Below, in pieces: positions 17,649 through 27,150 of a stretch of DNA of 64,000 nucleotides. This stretch comes from Candidatus Thorarchaeota archaeon. GTDB lineage: Archaea; Asgardarchaeota; Thorarchaeia; Thorarchaeales; Thorarchaeaceae. Where the stretch lies: positions 256,001 to 320,000 of the forward strand of contig CAVSBO010000003.1 of NCBI GenBank assembly GCA_963726195.1. The letters run 5' to 3'. The notes beneath the pieces were generated by a model. It was given only the letters and a program-made list of their open reading frames with translations, ran no database searches and had not been told where the DNA came from. Made by a program: the position numbers and the translations under genes. Position 1 is the first letter of the stretch. Each line of letters starts with the position of its first letter.

Positions 17649-18143
17649 CTAATCCTTCTTCTTGTACGGATTCTTATTCTTGAAGGGATTCTTTGGACCG
17701 TGCACCTTAACCTTGAATACGTCGCCCATCCCTTCTCCCTTCTTCTCGGGCTTCTTCTCAGCAGGCTTTGCTGGAGCAGGAGCTGGCTTGGGAGCCGGAG
17801 CTGGTGCTGGAGCTGGCTTAGGAGCTGGAGCAGGAGCTGGCTTGGGAGCCGGAGCTGGAGCAGGAGCTGGCTTAGGAGCTGGAGCAGGAGCTGGCTTCGG
17901 AGCCGGAGCTGGTGCTGGAGCTGGCTTGGGAGCCGGAGCTGGTGCTGGAGCTGGCCTAGGAGCTGGAGCAGGAGCTGGCTTGGGAGCCGGAGCTGGTGCT
18001 GGAGCTGGCCTAGGAGCTGGAGCAGGAGCTGGCTTCGGAGCCGGTGCTGGAGCAGGAGCTGGCTTGGGAGCCGGTGCTGGAGCGGGCTTCGGAGCCGGAG
18101 CTGGAGTCCCCTTCTCAGGTTTCTTCTTGTCTTTGTCGCTCAC
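17649..18143 (-). CDS. Pro/Ala/Lys-rich low-complexity protein ((K/R)PAPAPAP repeats, Lys-rich termini)
   Basis: GTG at 18143 preceded by GGAGG; synonymous codon variation in the repeat fits the PAPAPK frame; GC hairpin downstream at ~17563-17592. Confidence 0.75.
   Translation of the reverse strand: MSDKDKKKPEKGTPAPAPKPAPAPAPKPAPAPAPAPKPAPAPAPRPAPAPAPAPKPAPAPAPRPAPAPAPAPKPAPAPAPAPKPAPAPAPKPAPAPAPAPKPAPAPAPKPAPAPAPAPKPAPAPAKPAEKKPEKKGEGMGDVFKVKVHGPKNPFKNKNPYKKKD
17765..18110. repeat. Coding tandem repeat, 6-bp GGAGCN-like base unit grouped into 24- and 30-bp blocks
   Basis: About 12 blocks encoding 8- and 10-aa units (order 8,10,8,10,8,10,10,8,10,8,10,7), giving an imperfect 54-bp higher-order period. 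Confidence 0.9.
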
Positions 18144-18555
18144 ATCATAGTCCTCCACAAGGGAGTGCCCCTTTGGAGTCAAAGGGCTGAGCTGAGGCGT
18201 GAATTAGTTGCTATATGAGTTTACTGGCCTATGGAGAAAATGCCGGTTTTGCTGGCTCAAGCGACGATTTGATGCAACCGATTTGCTGCTATTGAAAAGG
18301 TGCTATGATTGGGATTGACGAGAACTTCTGCAGAGAAGCCATCGCTGTAACGAGGAACTATACTTCGTGTCGTTTTCTTTTTTTGCGCATCCTTACACAG
18401 GCTTATAAGCGAACATGGAGGACAAACATCCAGCAGGCGTTACAAGCTGAGAGTTCCTAAGTTGGAGTTTAGCAAGTGGTTCATCCCTTAAGCAACCCCG
18501 TGTAGAATGTCTAGTTTTGAAAGCCTGCAAATGCACTGATAAAGGGATATTGAAA

Positions 18556-19119
18556 ATGGATTTCGATACCGAGCCCGTAGAGGCAACTGTGGCAGAACTG
18601 AAGCCCAGTATGAGAAACTTGACCGTAACCTTCAAGGTGGTCGAGATTGGTGAGGAACGAGAAATCACCTCACGTGACACTGGAGAAGCTCATCGCGTAG
18701 TAGATGCGCGAGTTGGAGACTCCACTGGTACCGTCTTGGTCCCACTGTGGGACGAGGCCATCGACAACATGGAAGTCGAAAAGACTTACAAGTTGACCAA
18801 TGGCTATACCGGTCTCTTCAGGGGTAACCTAAGACTGAACATAGGCAAGTACGGTCAGGTTGGAGAAGCCGAGGAAGCTATCGAGGAAGTCAAGTCGGAC
18901 CTCGATATGTCTGCCGAAGAGCACGAGGATACCCGTCCCCCTAGGCGAAGCTTTGGCGGACGAGGCGGATACGGCGGCAGCGGTGGCGGTGGCAGTGGCG
19001 GCTATGGCGGCGAGCGTCGTGGCGGCTATGGCGGTGATGACCGTAGGAGTAGTGGCGGTGGATATGGTGGCCGCGACCGCAGAGGCGGTGGCAGCTACGG
19101 ACACCGCGACAGGCGCTAG
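18556..19119 (+). CDS. ssb: Single-OB-fold ssDNA-binding protein (SSB/RPA-like) with RGG/YGG-rich tail
   Basis: VAELKP...NLTVTFKVVE...VGDSTG...LWD...NGY..LFRG.LRLNIGKYG is the archaeal SSB OB fold; C-terminal Gly/Arg/Tyr tail. Confidence 0.88.
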   Translation: MDFDTEPVEATVAELKPSMRNLTVTFKVVEIGEEREITSRDTGEAHRVVDARVGDSTGTVLVPLWDEAIDNMEVEKTYKLTNGYTGLFRGNLRLNIGKYGQVGEAEEAIEEVKSDLDMSAEEHEDTRPPRRSFGGRGGYGGSGGGGSGGYGGERRGGYGGDDRRSSGGGYGGRDRRGGGSYGHRDRR

Positions 19120-19293
19120 TCCAGAACCAGAACGTACAAGCTAGAGTATGAGCTGGGCGCAACTGCCCGGCATACCAGTGAACTGCGTCTATCGGACGCA
19201 GTTCTTCTGTTTTTTCAGACAAATGAACACTCCAAGGAGTGTCGACCATTTAAGAGGAGGTTTGTTTCCAGCCGGGCTTGAGGCAAATAGCCC

Positions 19294-19903
19294 GTGAAAT
19301 TTGATCTCCTTAAGTGGCCATTGACAACTATCAGCGGAATCCTCGTCATCGTGTTCTATTGCCTATTCACTTTCACGTCTTGGGCGCTCTATCCATTTCC
19401 GTACGGCCCATCGACTAATTATCTAAGCAGACTAGGTGACTTGGCCTACAGTCCATTTGGCGGCTACTTCTACAACGCGGGATGTATTCTAACGGGGATC
19501 GCACTGATTCCCTTCTTCCTAGGGTTGTACATTTGGTATCCCGACAGTCTGGTGAAGAAAGCTCTGGTCATTGTGGGGCAAGTCATTGGACTCTGCTCGG
19601 CTGTCGCTCTCATGATGATTGGTGTCTTCTCCGAGGACAAGGGAGCATCCCACCTGTTGGCATCAGCAGTCTTCTTCGAGCTGTTGTTTGCTGTCCTGAT
19701 TGTGCTTAGTCTTGCACTCCTATTGCATCGTGGGTTCGTGAAGCTCATTGCGGCCTACGGCCTAGGTATTGCCTTCTCTGATTTGGTTGTTCTCATTTGC
19801 AGTAGGCGGACCGCTCGTGGAGTGGTATGCAGTTTTCAGCGCCCTTGGCTATGTAGTATTCTTGTCTGCGAACACGCTAAGACTAAAGAAGCAGACCCCT
19901 TAG
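19294..19903 (+). CDS. DUF998-family membrane protein (apparent frameshift at ~19790)
   Basis: NYLSRLG, FYNAGCILTG, GVFSED..H; the shifted tail GGPLVEWYAVFSALGY ends at TAG 19901-19903. Confidence 0.75.
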
Positions 19904-19998
19904 AGCCCGTTTTCGTTGGTGCGGCATCTTTAAGAATCAAAGTGCCAATAGCATGTTCTGTTAGCTCTTAGAATCACGGGGCGTAAGGAGAAACAGGT

Positions 19999-20715
19999 GT
20001 GGGCTCAGAGGAGATAATCGCAAAGCAATTCGACAAGAGTCACTTCCCCTCATGGGGTATCTTCGGATCTGTAATCGGCCTTGCCTTCATTCTGGTCGCA
20101 AAGATTATGAATGTGGGAATCTATCCGGAATTCGGATTCTTCGTCCCTATCTTGTTCGGCTTGGTATTGATACTCGCGGGTATCGCCTTCATGCCATTTA
20201 TGATAGGACTTGGATGGTACATGGACTCGCGTTTCTCCACCTCGAAACTGGCCGCCATGGTCGGTATGATTTATGCGAGTGCGATGGTCGTCGTTGGCAT
20301 CTTTGAGACCGTTTATTGGGCAGAGGACTGGGTATGCTGGTTGTCATTCCTCTTCAGTGGCATGATCATGACCGGCTTGTGGACAATTGCCATCTATCTC
20401 CAACGCACAGTCAAAGTACGCAGAGTCCTTTCACTATTCGGAGTTCTGAATGTAGGGCTGTTTGCCATCTTTCCTTTAGGTGCCTACCTATCTATTGTGT
20501 ATTATCTTCTCACTTTGCCCCCCGGCTTCTTAATCAGCCTTGGTCCCAATTTCTGGTGGATGCATAAGTTGGTATGGGCGCTCCACTTCGCGATCATAGG
20601 CTACATGTTGTTGCTTGCAATTCACATTCAGAGAGAGGAGAAAGAAACCCGAGAGCCCTCGGTCCTGTTCCAGCAGACGCACGACTGGGCACCACTCCCT
20701 CCGGGTGTAGACTAA
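19999..20715 (+). CDS. DUF998-like membrane protein (diverged paralog)
   Basis: Clear similarity to 20811-21482 (HF..WGIFGS.IGL.FIL, LILAGI.F.PFMIGLG.Y.DSRF) but lacking the SELG, H and EW residues. Confidence 0.7.
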   Translation: MGSEEIIAKQFDKSHFPSWGIFGSVIGLAFILVAKIMNVGIYPEFGFFVPILFGLVLILAGIAFMPFMIGLGWYMDSRFSTSKLAAMVGMIYASAMVVVGIFETVYWAEDWVCWLSFLFSGMIMTGLWTIAIYLQRTVKVRRVLSLFGVLNVGLFAIFPLGAYLSIVYYLLTLPPGFLISLGPNFWWMHKLVWALHFAIIGYMLLLAIHIQREEKETREPSVLFQQTHDWAPLPPGVD

Positions 20716-20810
20716 TCAATTACTCCTCGGACATGCGCCAGTCTTAAGAGCAGGGGGAAGAATCGCCTAACCCGTAGCCCGAGAAGTGCAATACATCTGG
20801 AGGCAGAAAC

Positions 20811-21482
20811 TTGAGTCTGAAACAAACAATCGTAAAGCAGGTTGACAAGAAGCATTTCACACTGTGGGGAATTTTCGGATCAGCGATAGGCCTCATCTTC
20901 ATCCTAGGCGCAATGATCCCGTACCATGGACACAATGGCGAAGTCTATTCAATATTCAATCACTATGTCAGCGAGCTCGGGGAGCTGGGAGTCTCTCAGG
21001 CCGCCATGCTGTTCAACATTGGATTGATACTTGCAGGTATCACGTTCATCCCCTTCATGATAGGACTGGGTCTCTACTTGGACTCGCGTTTCTACGTGGC
21101 GAAACTGGCTGCCGCGGTTGGTGTGTTCACTTCGGTCGCGATAATCTTCGTTGGTATCTTTCCCATGAATTTCATCGCTCAGCATAGTATGTCTGCACTA
21201 TCGTTCTTCTTCAGTGGGATGATCATGACTGGGTTGTGGATGATTGCTCTTCTGCTTCAACGTACACCCAAAGTGCACAAGCTGATTTCATTGCTCGGGC
21301 TCGTTAACGTCGCCGTCTTTGCAGCCTTTCTTTTCGGCAACTACGGTACCTATGACATATACGTGAACCGTCCCGACTTCTGGTGGACCCCCACATTGGA
21401 GTGGGCAATCTACTTCGCAATCGTAGGCTACTTGCTGTTGCTTGCACTCTACGTCTGGTGGAAGGAAAGAAGAAGCAGCTAA
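20811..21482 (+). CDS. DUF998-family membrane protein
   Basis: YSIFNHYVSELG, FNIGLILAG, GIFPMN...H, LEWAIYF. Confidence 0.8.
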   Translation: MSLKQTIVKQVDKKHFTLWGIFGSAIGLIFILGAMIPYHGHNGEVYSIFNHYVSELGELGVSQAAMLFNIGLILAGITFIPFMIGLGLYLDSRFYVAKLAAAVGVFTSVAIIFVGIFPMNFIAQHSMSALSFFFSGMIMTGLWMIALLLQRTPKVHKLISLLGLVNVAVFAAFLFGNYGTYDIYVNRPDFWWTPTLEWAIYFAIVGYLLLLALYVWWKERRSS

Positions 21483-21548
21483 CTATCAGACATCATTCCT
21501 ACCTGCGGTCATCTTCCCCTGAGTATACGATATCGATCACGTCTGATG

Positions 21549-22427
21549 CTATCCCCTGAAAGGCCACTCAGGGCGCATTGACGAGTAGATGCTGCTCGAG
21601 GAGGCTGACGCGACTGCGACGGGCATGTGAGGTGTGTCATACCCCGTTGCCACATTCCCTTGACTATCGATCATGATTAGCCCGGCTTCACCAGCCGTCC
21701 TCTCCCGTAGAACCGCCATTATCTTTGCGGCAGCATCAATCACACTCAACCCGTCTTCCACATAGTGGACTGCCATCCTTGCCATCACTATTCGGAGAAT
21801 CTGCTCTCCTTTCCCAGTGCAGCTTGCTGCCCGCTAGGTCATTGGCGTAGACGCCAGCCCCGATAATCGGGGAATCACCAATGCGGCCGGGTAACTTGCC
21901 AGACCACCCGCTTGTGGAAGAGGCAGCGGCAATGTGTCCTTCCGAGTCGACAACGACGCATCCAACAGTGTCGCATCCCTGGGCGATTGCCGAACGTTGA
22001 GTGGCGCCGCCCTTACTCACTTTTCTATATCCTTCTGCTATCATCTTTTTGTACAGCTTCTCTGCTCCTCCAGCCACGAACTGACTGTTGGAGGTGCGCT
22101 CAAGGACGTATCGCGCCAATGAGATGGGATGGACGACACCTCGCACCGCCATGACTGCTCCACTCTGAAGACGAGTACCATCCATGATCATTGCATCGAG
22201 TTCGATGTCGCCTTCGCTGTTCGGCTTCGCACCCCGGCCTGCCGTGAAAAGGTTGGTCTCTTCAAGCTTCCAAACAGCAGCCTCAGCTGCATCCAGAGAG
22301 ATCCGCCCTTTTCCATCACGCACATGCCTGTCTTGGCTGCTGCTCGGACTGCTTCGATGATTGCGTCATGGTACTTGGCCTCGAAGCTGGTCGCACCACC
22401 ATGAACAACAACGACAGGCAAGGTCAT
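21549..22427 (-). CDS. iaaA: Isoaspartyl peptidase/L-asparaginase (Ntn hydrolase; two apparent frameshifts at ~22310 and ~21825)
   Basis: VVVHGGA, ELDAMIMDG, DTVGCV (Thr nucleophile), STSG..GKLPGRIGDSPIIGAG, GLIMID spread over three frames. Confidence 0.85.
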
Positions 22428-22474
22428 AGAGACACTCGAGCCGTCGCCGGATACAACACTGAAAAACGTTCTGT

Positions 22475-23359
22475 TCAGAAGCCCATTCTGTTCAGTTCGC
22501 GTTCAAGGAAAGCCTTGGTTTGAGTGACATTGTTCCACCGCTCAGCGAAGTTCTCAGGGCTGATGCGCTGCTCCCTGTACATCGTCTCCAAGTCGGCAAG
22601 CTCGTTGTCATTCTCTGCAAGGCGGTCCTTGTACATTCGAACAATCAGCGCGGCATTTGCTTGCTCCGATTCGCTTGGTTTTTCAACCGATATTATGCGG
22701 CCGTCCATGATTCTGAATATTCTATCGGTTCTCCGCGCAACTGACGGATCGTGAGTGACAATCACGATCGTCTTGCCCATCTCTTTGTTCACCTTGGTCA
22801 GGAACTGGACAATTTTGGCTGAGGTCTCAGTATCTAGGTCACCTGTAGGTTCATCGCATATCAGTACGGGTGGGTCATTTGCGAGTGCTGAAGCAATGGC
22901 GACCCTCTGCTTCTCTCCTCCGCTGAGTTCGTCGGGCTTATGGTTCATCCTCAACGACAAGCCAACTGTATCGAGAAGCTCAGTAGTCCTCCTTTTTCTC
23001 GCATCACCGGGCGTCTTGAGTGATAGCATCGGAAGCTCTACGTTCTCATAGGCGGTCAAGGTGGGAATCAAGTTCAGAGTCTGAAAGATGTGGCCAACCA
23101 CTTTTTGCCTCAGTAATCCCAGTTCCGCAGAGGTTGCATTGGTTATTTCTTTGCCCGCGACCCATGTCTTCCCAGCTGTCGCGTGCGTCAGTCCTCCGAT
23201 GACATTTAGCAAAGATGTCTTGCCCGACCCGGAAGGACCAACAATCGAGACCATTTCTCCTTGTTCGATCTTGATGGACAGACCTCTTAGCGCTTGCACT
23301 TCGACGCTTCCCAGTTTGTATACCTTAACCAAGTCCTCAGACTGAATGTAGCTAACCAT
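22475..23359 (-). CDS. ABC transporter ATP-binding protein (LolD/MacB-like) with C-terminal helical extension
   Basis: GPSGSGKT, LSGGEKQRV, CDEPTGDLD, VTHD. Confidence 0.92.
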   Translation of the reverse strand: MVSYIQSEDLVKVYKLGSVEVQALRGLSIKIEQGEMVSIVGPSGSGKTSLLNVIGGLTHATAGKTWVAGKEITNATSAELGLLRQKVVGHIFQTLNLIPTLTAYENVELPMLSLKTPGDARKRRTTELLDTVGLSLRMNHKPDELSGGEKQRVAIASALANDPPVLICDEPTGDLDTETSAKIVQFLTKVNKEMGKTIVIVTHDPSVARRTDRIFRIMDGRIISVEKPSESEQANAALIVRMYKDRLAENDNELADLETMYREQRISPENFAERWNNVTQTKAFLERELNRMGF

Positions 23360-23371
23360 AATTACCACCTT

Positions 23372-26140
23372 CTACTCACGAATCGAGTTTATTCTCTCTT
23401 CCGTAACACGCGAGGTCATCACAACTGGTATCAAAGCAGCGATGACCACTATCAATACGATCCCAGTCATGGCGAGAATTGACAATGGTGTGAAGACCAT
23501 TCTAGGACGTACGAGTTCTTGGGTGCTTTGGCTTGTGTTAGAGATGTTTCCGAAAAGCTGAATGAAGCCTGTTGCCACACCAAGTATGAGAGAGAACAAG
23601 ACCATGACCATAACTTCTGCAGTGAGAGCCTTTAGAATCTGACCGCGGGTAAGACCTCTTACGCTCAGAAGCGTCGTCTCCTGTTCCTTCTCCTTCAACG
23701 TGAGACCTACGACAAGACCAGTGCCCACCACCGCGAGAACCCCTGCGAAGATGATACCAAGCCACCGAGCACGGGTTCCACCCACTTGGTAGCTATTGGT
23801 CTGAGCCGCTTTCAGTCTCGACGTCAGCGAGTCTGTGCTGGTTGCTTGAGGCAACGCTGAAGATATCTGCTTCTCGATAACAGTTCCATTAGTACCCGGG
23901 GTAGTCTTGATCAGAATCCAACCATTTGAGACGCTAACGAGGCTTGCATTGTTCAAGAAATCTACTGGAACATAGGATGGGTAAGTACCTCCAAAGGCGA
24001 ACTGTCCTAGGATTTCCTCGAACGGGCTCGCGTAGCCGACAAGACCGACTATGACAAGTCTGTGTGCTGTGCTCTGGCCTGGGCCGCGAAGAGCTATGCT
24101 ATTCCCAATATGAAGCTGCAGTTGACGAGCAACAGCTATGGATAGGATGATTTTCTCACCGGTGAAGTTGGAAAGGATTCGATTGATCGAAGCCCCTGTG
24201 AACCATGTAGTCTCATAGAATGCTGCGCGAGACCAGTTTTCAGGTGCTATTCCTCGAACTTCCAGAGCTCCTCTTGTGCTACTCATTGTGATTCTATATT
24301 CGATTGTCGACTCATTCACCTGAGCGATGGAACTCACGGTCTGGCTTACCAAGGACATATTGGCTCCCGGATTGAATGTTGCACTAACATCAGAGCCAAC
24401 TTCGTAGAGGCTGGTCCGCTCCAGTGTGTCCTGCTCGGTAAACATGTTTCCAACGCTAGAGAGGCCGTATGATACGATAAGCGACACGACGAAGACCAAT
24501 GCAGCATTTCTTGCCGGATGACGCGTGACGTTTCGAGTTGCAAGATGCCCAAATGCGCCAAAGAATCTCGAGCCTACATTCACGACGCCCTCCTGGAACT
24601 TCTGTGACCCTCTCAGTAGTATTTTTGTTGCACCATAGAGAAACATGATTGGTCCAACATAGTTTAGAAAAGCATCGATTGGGGTCCACAATGCCACTGC
24701 TATTAGCAAGATGAAATTGCTGCTCAATGCGGACGATAGCACGGTGCTCATATTGATTCCCAAGGCCCAGACGATCAGCTTGTAGGTTCCAAGAAACAAC
24801 GCAATGGAGGGGAGCAGCTTCTTGTACTCCCTCTGTTCCTCTACGTAGACATACTGCTTGAGGCTGTCGAGAGGGTCAAGTTTCGCAGCCCTGTCGGCAG
24901 GGCCTCTTACAGACCACACAGCCATTATGACTGCGAAAGCCATGACAACAACGATGTTTACCGTGCTGCCAGCTAGAATCACAGGCAAGGACGCGAGGCT
25001 GGCTCCCACCAAGAGAAATGCTACTAAGGTACCGCCGATTAGGCCGACGAAACCCCCAATTAGACCGATTATCGCGCCCTCAAACATCAGCATCCTCTTG
25101 ATTGCCTTCGGGCCATATCCCTTTGTCTGCAGAAGACCGAACTCCCTTCTCCGCAGATTGTAGCTCACATCACTGAGCATTGTCGAAGAGTACCATGACA
25201 TGAAGATGATTGGTGCTGCAAGAGAAACGAATGACAACACAAGTAATGATGCTTGCAGTGAAAGCGTTGACAGAGTTATCCCTAGTAGGTTTGTAACCTG
25301 GGTATTGTACGCGGCTGTCCTGTCTGAAATCTTCGCCAGAGCATTTGAGACGCTAGTCGACGAGCCACCAATGTCATAGGGATTCACAAGCATATTCCTG
25401 TTCAGCTGGCAGTAAAAGCCACATTCAACGGCGAGCTGGGTCACGTTCTGATGACTGGAGAACCAGTTGATGAGTGGGCCAATCGTAGAATTCCAGTCGA
25501 CAAGCAGAATGTCGTACTTACGCCAGTCGCCAAGGGGGATTTGGATGAAGCCAAGACTCAGGTATCTCTGTGGATTGAGCAGTTGAGCTGTCCTCGGAGG
25601 AATGTCAACGAAGCCGGCAACCGTCAGATTCACATAAACCGTGGTTGTGAAAGGAAACTTGTTGGTGATAGCTTTCACGGGAACCTTGAGTATCTGCCCC
25701 GTGGACAGGTATGATGCGTTCACTGAACTCGCAACAACATATGTTTGGTTTGCACCGAGAGCGAGCGTCCCATTCAGGTGAGTTACTGTGTTCCAAGCTG
25801 TGGTATTAGGCTCCATTCCCACAATGTCGAAGGTCTGTCTGGCGGTCGTATTGTACTGATAAGAAATCTTAGCATATCGATCCGCATGAACTACTTCGGG
25901 CTGGCTTTCCAACGTTGTGCGAAGATCCGCAAATTGCTTCCCTGACCAAGTCATGTTGTTTGCCTGTATTCGTGCGTCATAGTCAAGGCCCGCTAGAGCA
26001 TTGTCGACTGCGTCTTTGGAGACCATATCAGCGGACACTATCATGCTCGCAAAGAATGTGGTAGCAATCAGGACACCAATCGTAAGTGCCAGAAAAAGGC
26101 GATATCCCCGCAAGACTCTCTTGAGTGCATACCAAAACAT
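23372..26140 (-). CDS. FtsX/MacB-type ABC permease (duplicated architecture)
   Basis: RRREFGLLQTKG and KEQETTLLSVRG FtsX motifs; two large extracellular domains rich in N-x-S/T sequons. Confidence 0.88.
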   Translation of the reverse strand: MFWYALKRVLRGYRLFLALTIGVLIATTFFASMIVSADMVSKDAVDNALAGLDYDARIQANNMTWSGKQFADLRTTLESQPEVVHADRYAKISYQYNTTARQTFDIVGMEPNTTAWNTVTHLNGTLALGANQTYVVASSVNASYLSTGQILKVPVKAITNKFPFTTTVYVNLTVAGFVDIPPRTAQLLNPQRYLSLGFIQIPLGDWRKYDILLVDWNSTIGPLINWFSSHQNVTQLAVECGFYCQLNRNMLVNPYDIGGSSTSVSNALAKISDRTAAYNTQVTNLLGITLSTLSLQASLLVLSFVSLAAPIIFMSWYSSTMLSDVSYNLRRREFGLLQTKGYGPKAIKRMLMFEGAIIGLIGGFVGLIGGTLVAFLLVGASLASLPVILAGSTVNIVVVMAFAVIMAVWSVRGPADRAAKLDPLDSLKQYVYVEEQREYKKLLPSIALFLGTYKLIVWALGINMSTVLSSALSSNFILLIAVALWTPIDAFLNYVGPIMFLYGATKILLRGSQKFQEGVVNVGSRFFGAFGHLATRNVTRHPARNAALVFVVSLIVSYGLSSVGNMFTEQDTLERTSLYEVGSDVSATFNPGANMSLVSQTVSSIAQVNESTIEYRITMSSTRGALEVRGIAPENWSRAAFYETTWFTGASINRILSNFTGEKIILSIAVARQLQLHIGNSIALRGPGQSTAHRLVIVGLVGYASPFEEILGQFAFGGTYPSYVPVDFLNNASLVSVSNGWILIKTTPGTNGTVIEKQISSALPQATSTDSLTSRLKAAQTNSYQVGGTRARWLGIIFAGVLAVVGTGLVVGLTLKEKEQETTLLSVRGLTRGQILKALTAEVMVMVLFSLILGVATGFIQLFGNISNTSQSTQELVRPRMVFTPLSILAMTGIVLIVVIAALIPVVMTSRVTEERINSIRE

Positions 26141-26260
26141 TCAGCCCACGGACCTGAATTGCTCGTGTCGCATCCGGTTATAAACGAACTGAAGGATGCA
26201 TATCGTCTCGTCCACCAGTAATCCATGAGTACAGTTGGCCTTGGGCTCCAAGTCACGAAC

Positions 26261-26833
26261 TCATTGCAGTCCCTGTCTGGTTCGCCTTCGGTCATAGATC
26301 ATCGCCACAACAGTGACTACAGCCATGAGGACAAGGCTCGAGCCAACCACAATAGGGGTCGTAACCGACGGGTCCTTTGTTGTTGTGGTCCTTTGTGTGA
26401 GATCAGCAGTCCGCGAGTAGCTAGTTGCTGTATTGTTGGCCATGTCAAATGCAATTATGTATAGAGTATAGGTTGCATTGACAGCAAGACCAGGTACGTC
26501 AGCCATGTAGAGAGAGCCGTTGAACGCGAGAGGGTACGAAGACCGCTGTCCATTATCACCGTGCACTGACAATGATACGTTACGAACTCCAGACTCTGTG
26601 TCGCTTACATTGGCCCAAGCCGAGAAAGACACTCCTTGCTCAACAGGCCCTTCGAGTCCCCACGCTGATATCTCCGGTCTTAGTGTGTCATTCGCTGCTA
26701 GGTTGATTGGCCCGAAAACATGCGACGGTGGTATCAACTTCAATCCCAAAAGAACAGAAGCTGTGCCCATTTCAGCAAGACCGCACACGGTCAGCATCAG
26801 AAGCAAGAGCACTTCACGGACTCGCGGTCTCAT
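26261..26833 (-). CDS. Membrane-anchored Ig-like extracellular protein
   Basis: N-terminal hydrophobic segment, ANVSDTESGV...YIIAFDMANN beta-sandwich motif, Thr-rich linker, C-terminal TM followed by RRR. Confidence 0.7.
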   Translation of the reverse strand: MRPRVREVLLLLMLTVCGLAEMGTASVLLGLKLIPPSHVFGPINLAANDTLRPEISAWGLEGPVEQGVSFSAWANVSDTESGVRNVSLSVHGDNGQRSSYPLAFNGSLYMADVPGLAVNATYTLYIIAFDMANNTATSYSRTADLTQRTTTTKDPSVTTPIVVGSSLVLMAVVTVVAMIYDRRRTRQGLQ

Positions 26834-26892
26834 GCCAGCAGCGTCTGTTCTGTGTCCTTAACTAAGTAGCTATTAGCGAAAGCAGAAAGGGT

Positions 26893-27150
26893 GGGCGCAG
26901 AGAAATGGGCAACATGTCGCATGCCGCGCCACCACCTGTAATTTTGTGCGACAAGTTCCGACCTTCCTATTCTGAGGAAGCCGCAAGACTGTCACCGCAC
27001 GCCAAAGTGACCAGTCGACCCACTTTTTCGTCTCTGCGCCCTTGTTCTTGCCGATGGCCAGTACCTGTGGTCAGAGATATGTCCTTCGGTTCCCATGAGT
27101 GCTGGTCGTCGTGAGATGAGTGCCCTCCACTCTCAAGAGAGTGGTGGCGT
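26893..27150. ncRNA. Candidate structured RNA / cis-regulatory element (multi-stem junction)
   Basis: 11-bp closing stem GGGCGCAGAGA/TCTCTGCGCCC enclosing three hairpins, plus a downstream 8-bp inverted repeat; no known family recognised. Confidence 0.3.

Noticed and set aside
17765-18110. Possible CRISPR array
   Set aside because: Contiguous coding repeat without unique spacers; no cas genes in the window.
17637-18218. Plus-strand ORFs with (WSRS)n and (GAGAG)n silk-like repeats
   Set aside because: They are antisense shadows of the PAPAPK gene; the RBS and wobble-position variation support the minus-strand frame.
26965-26990. GAGGAAG as an RNase P RNA signature
   Set aside because: The rest of the P4 consensus and the 3' conserved region were not found.
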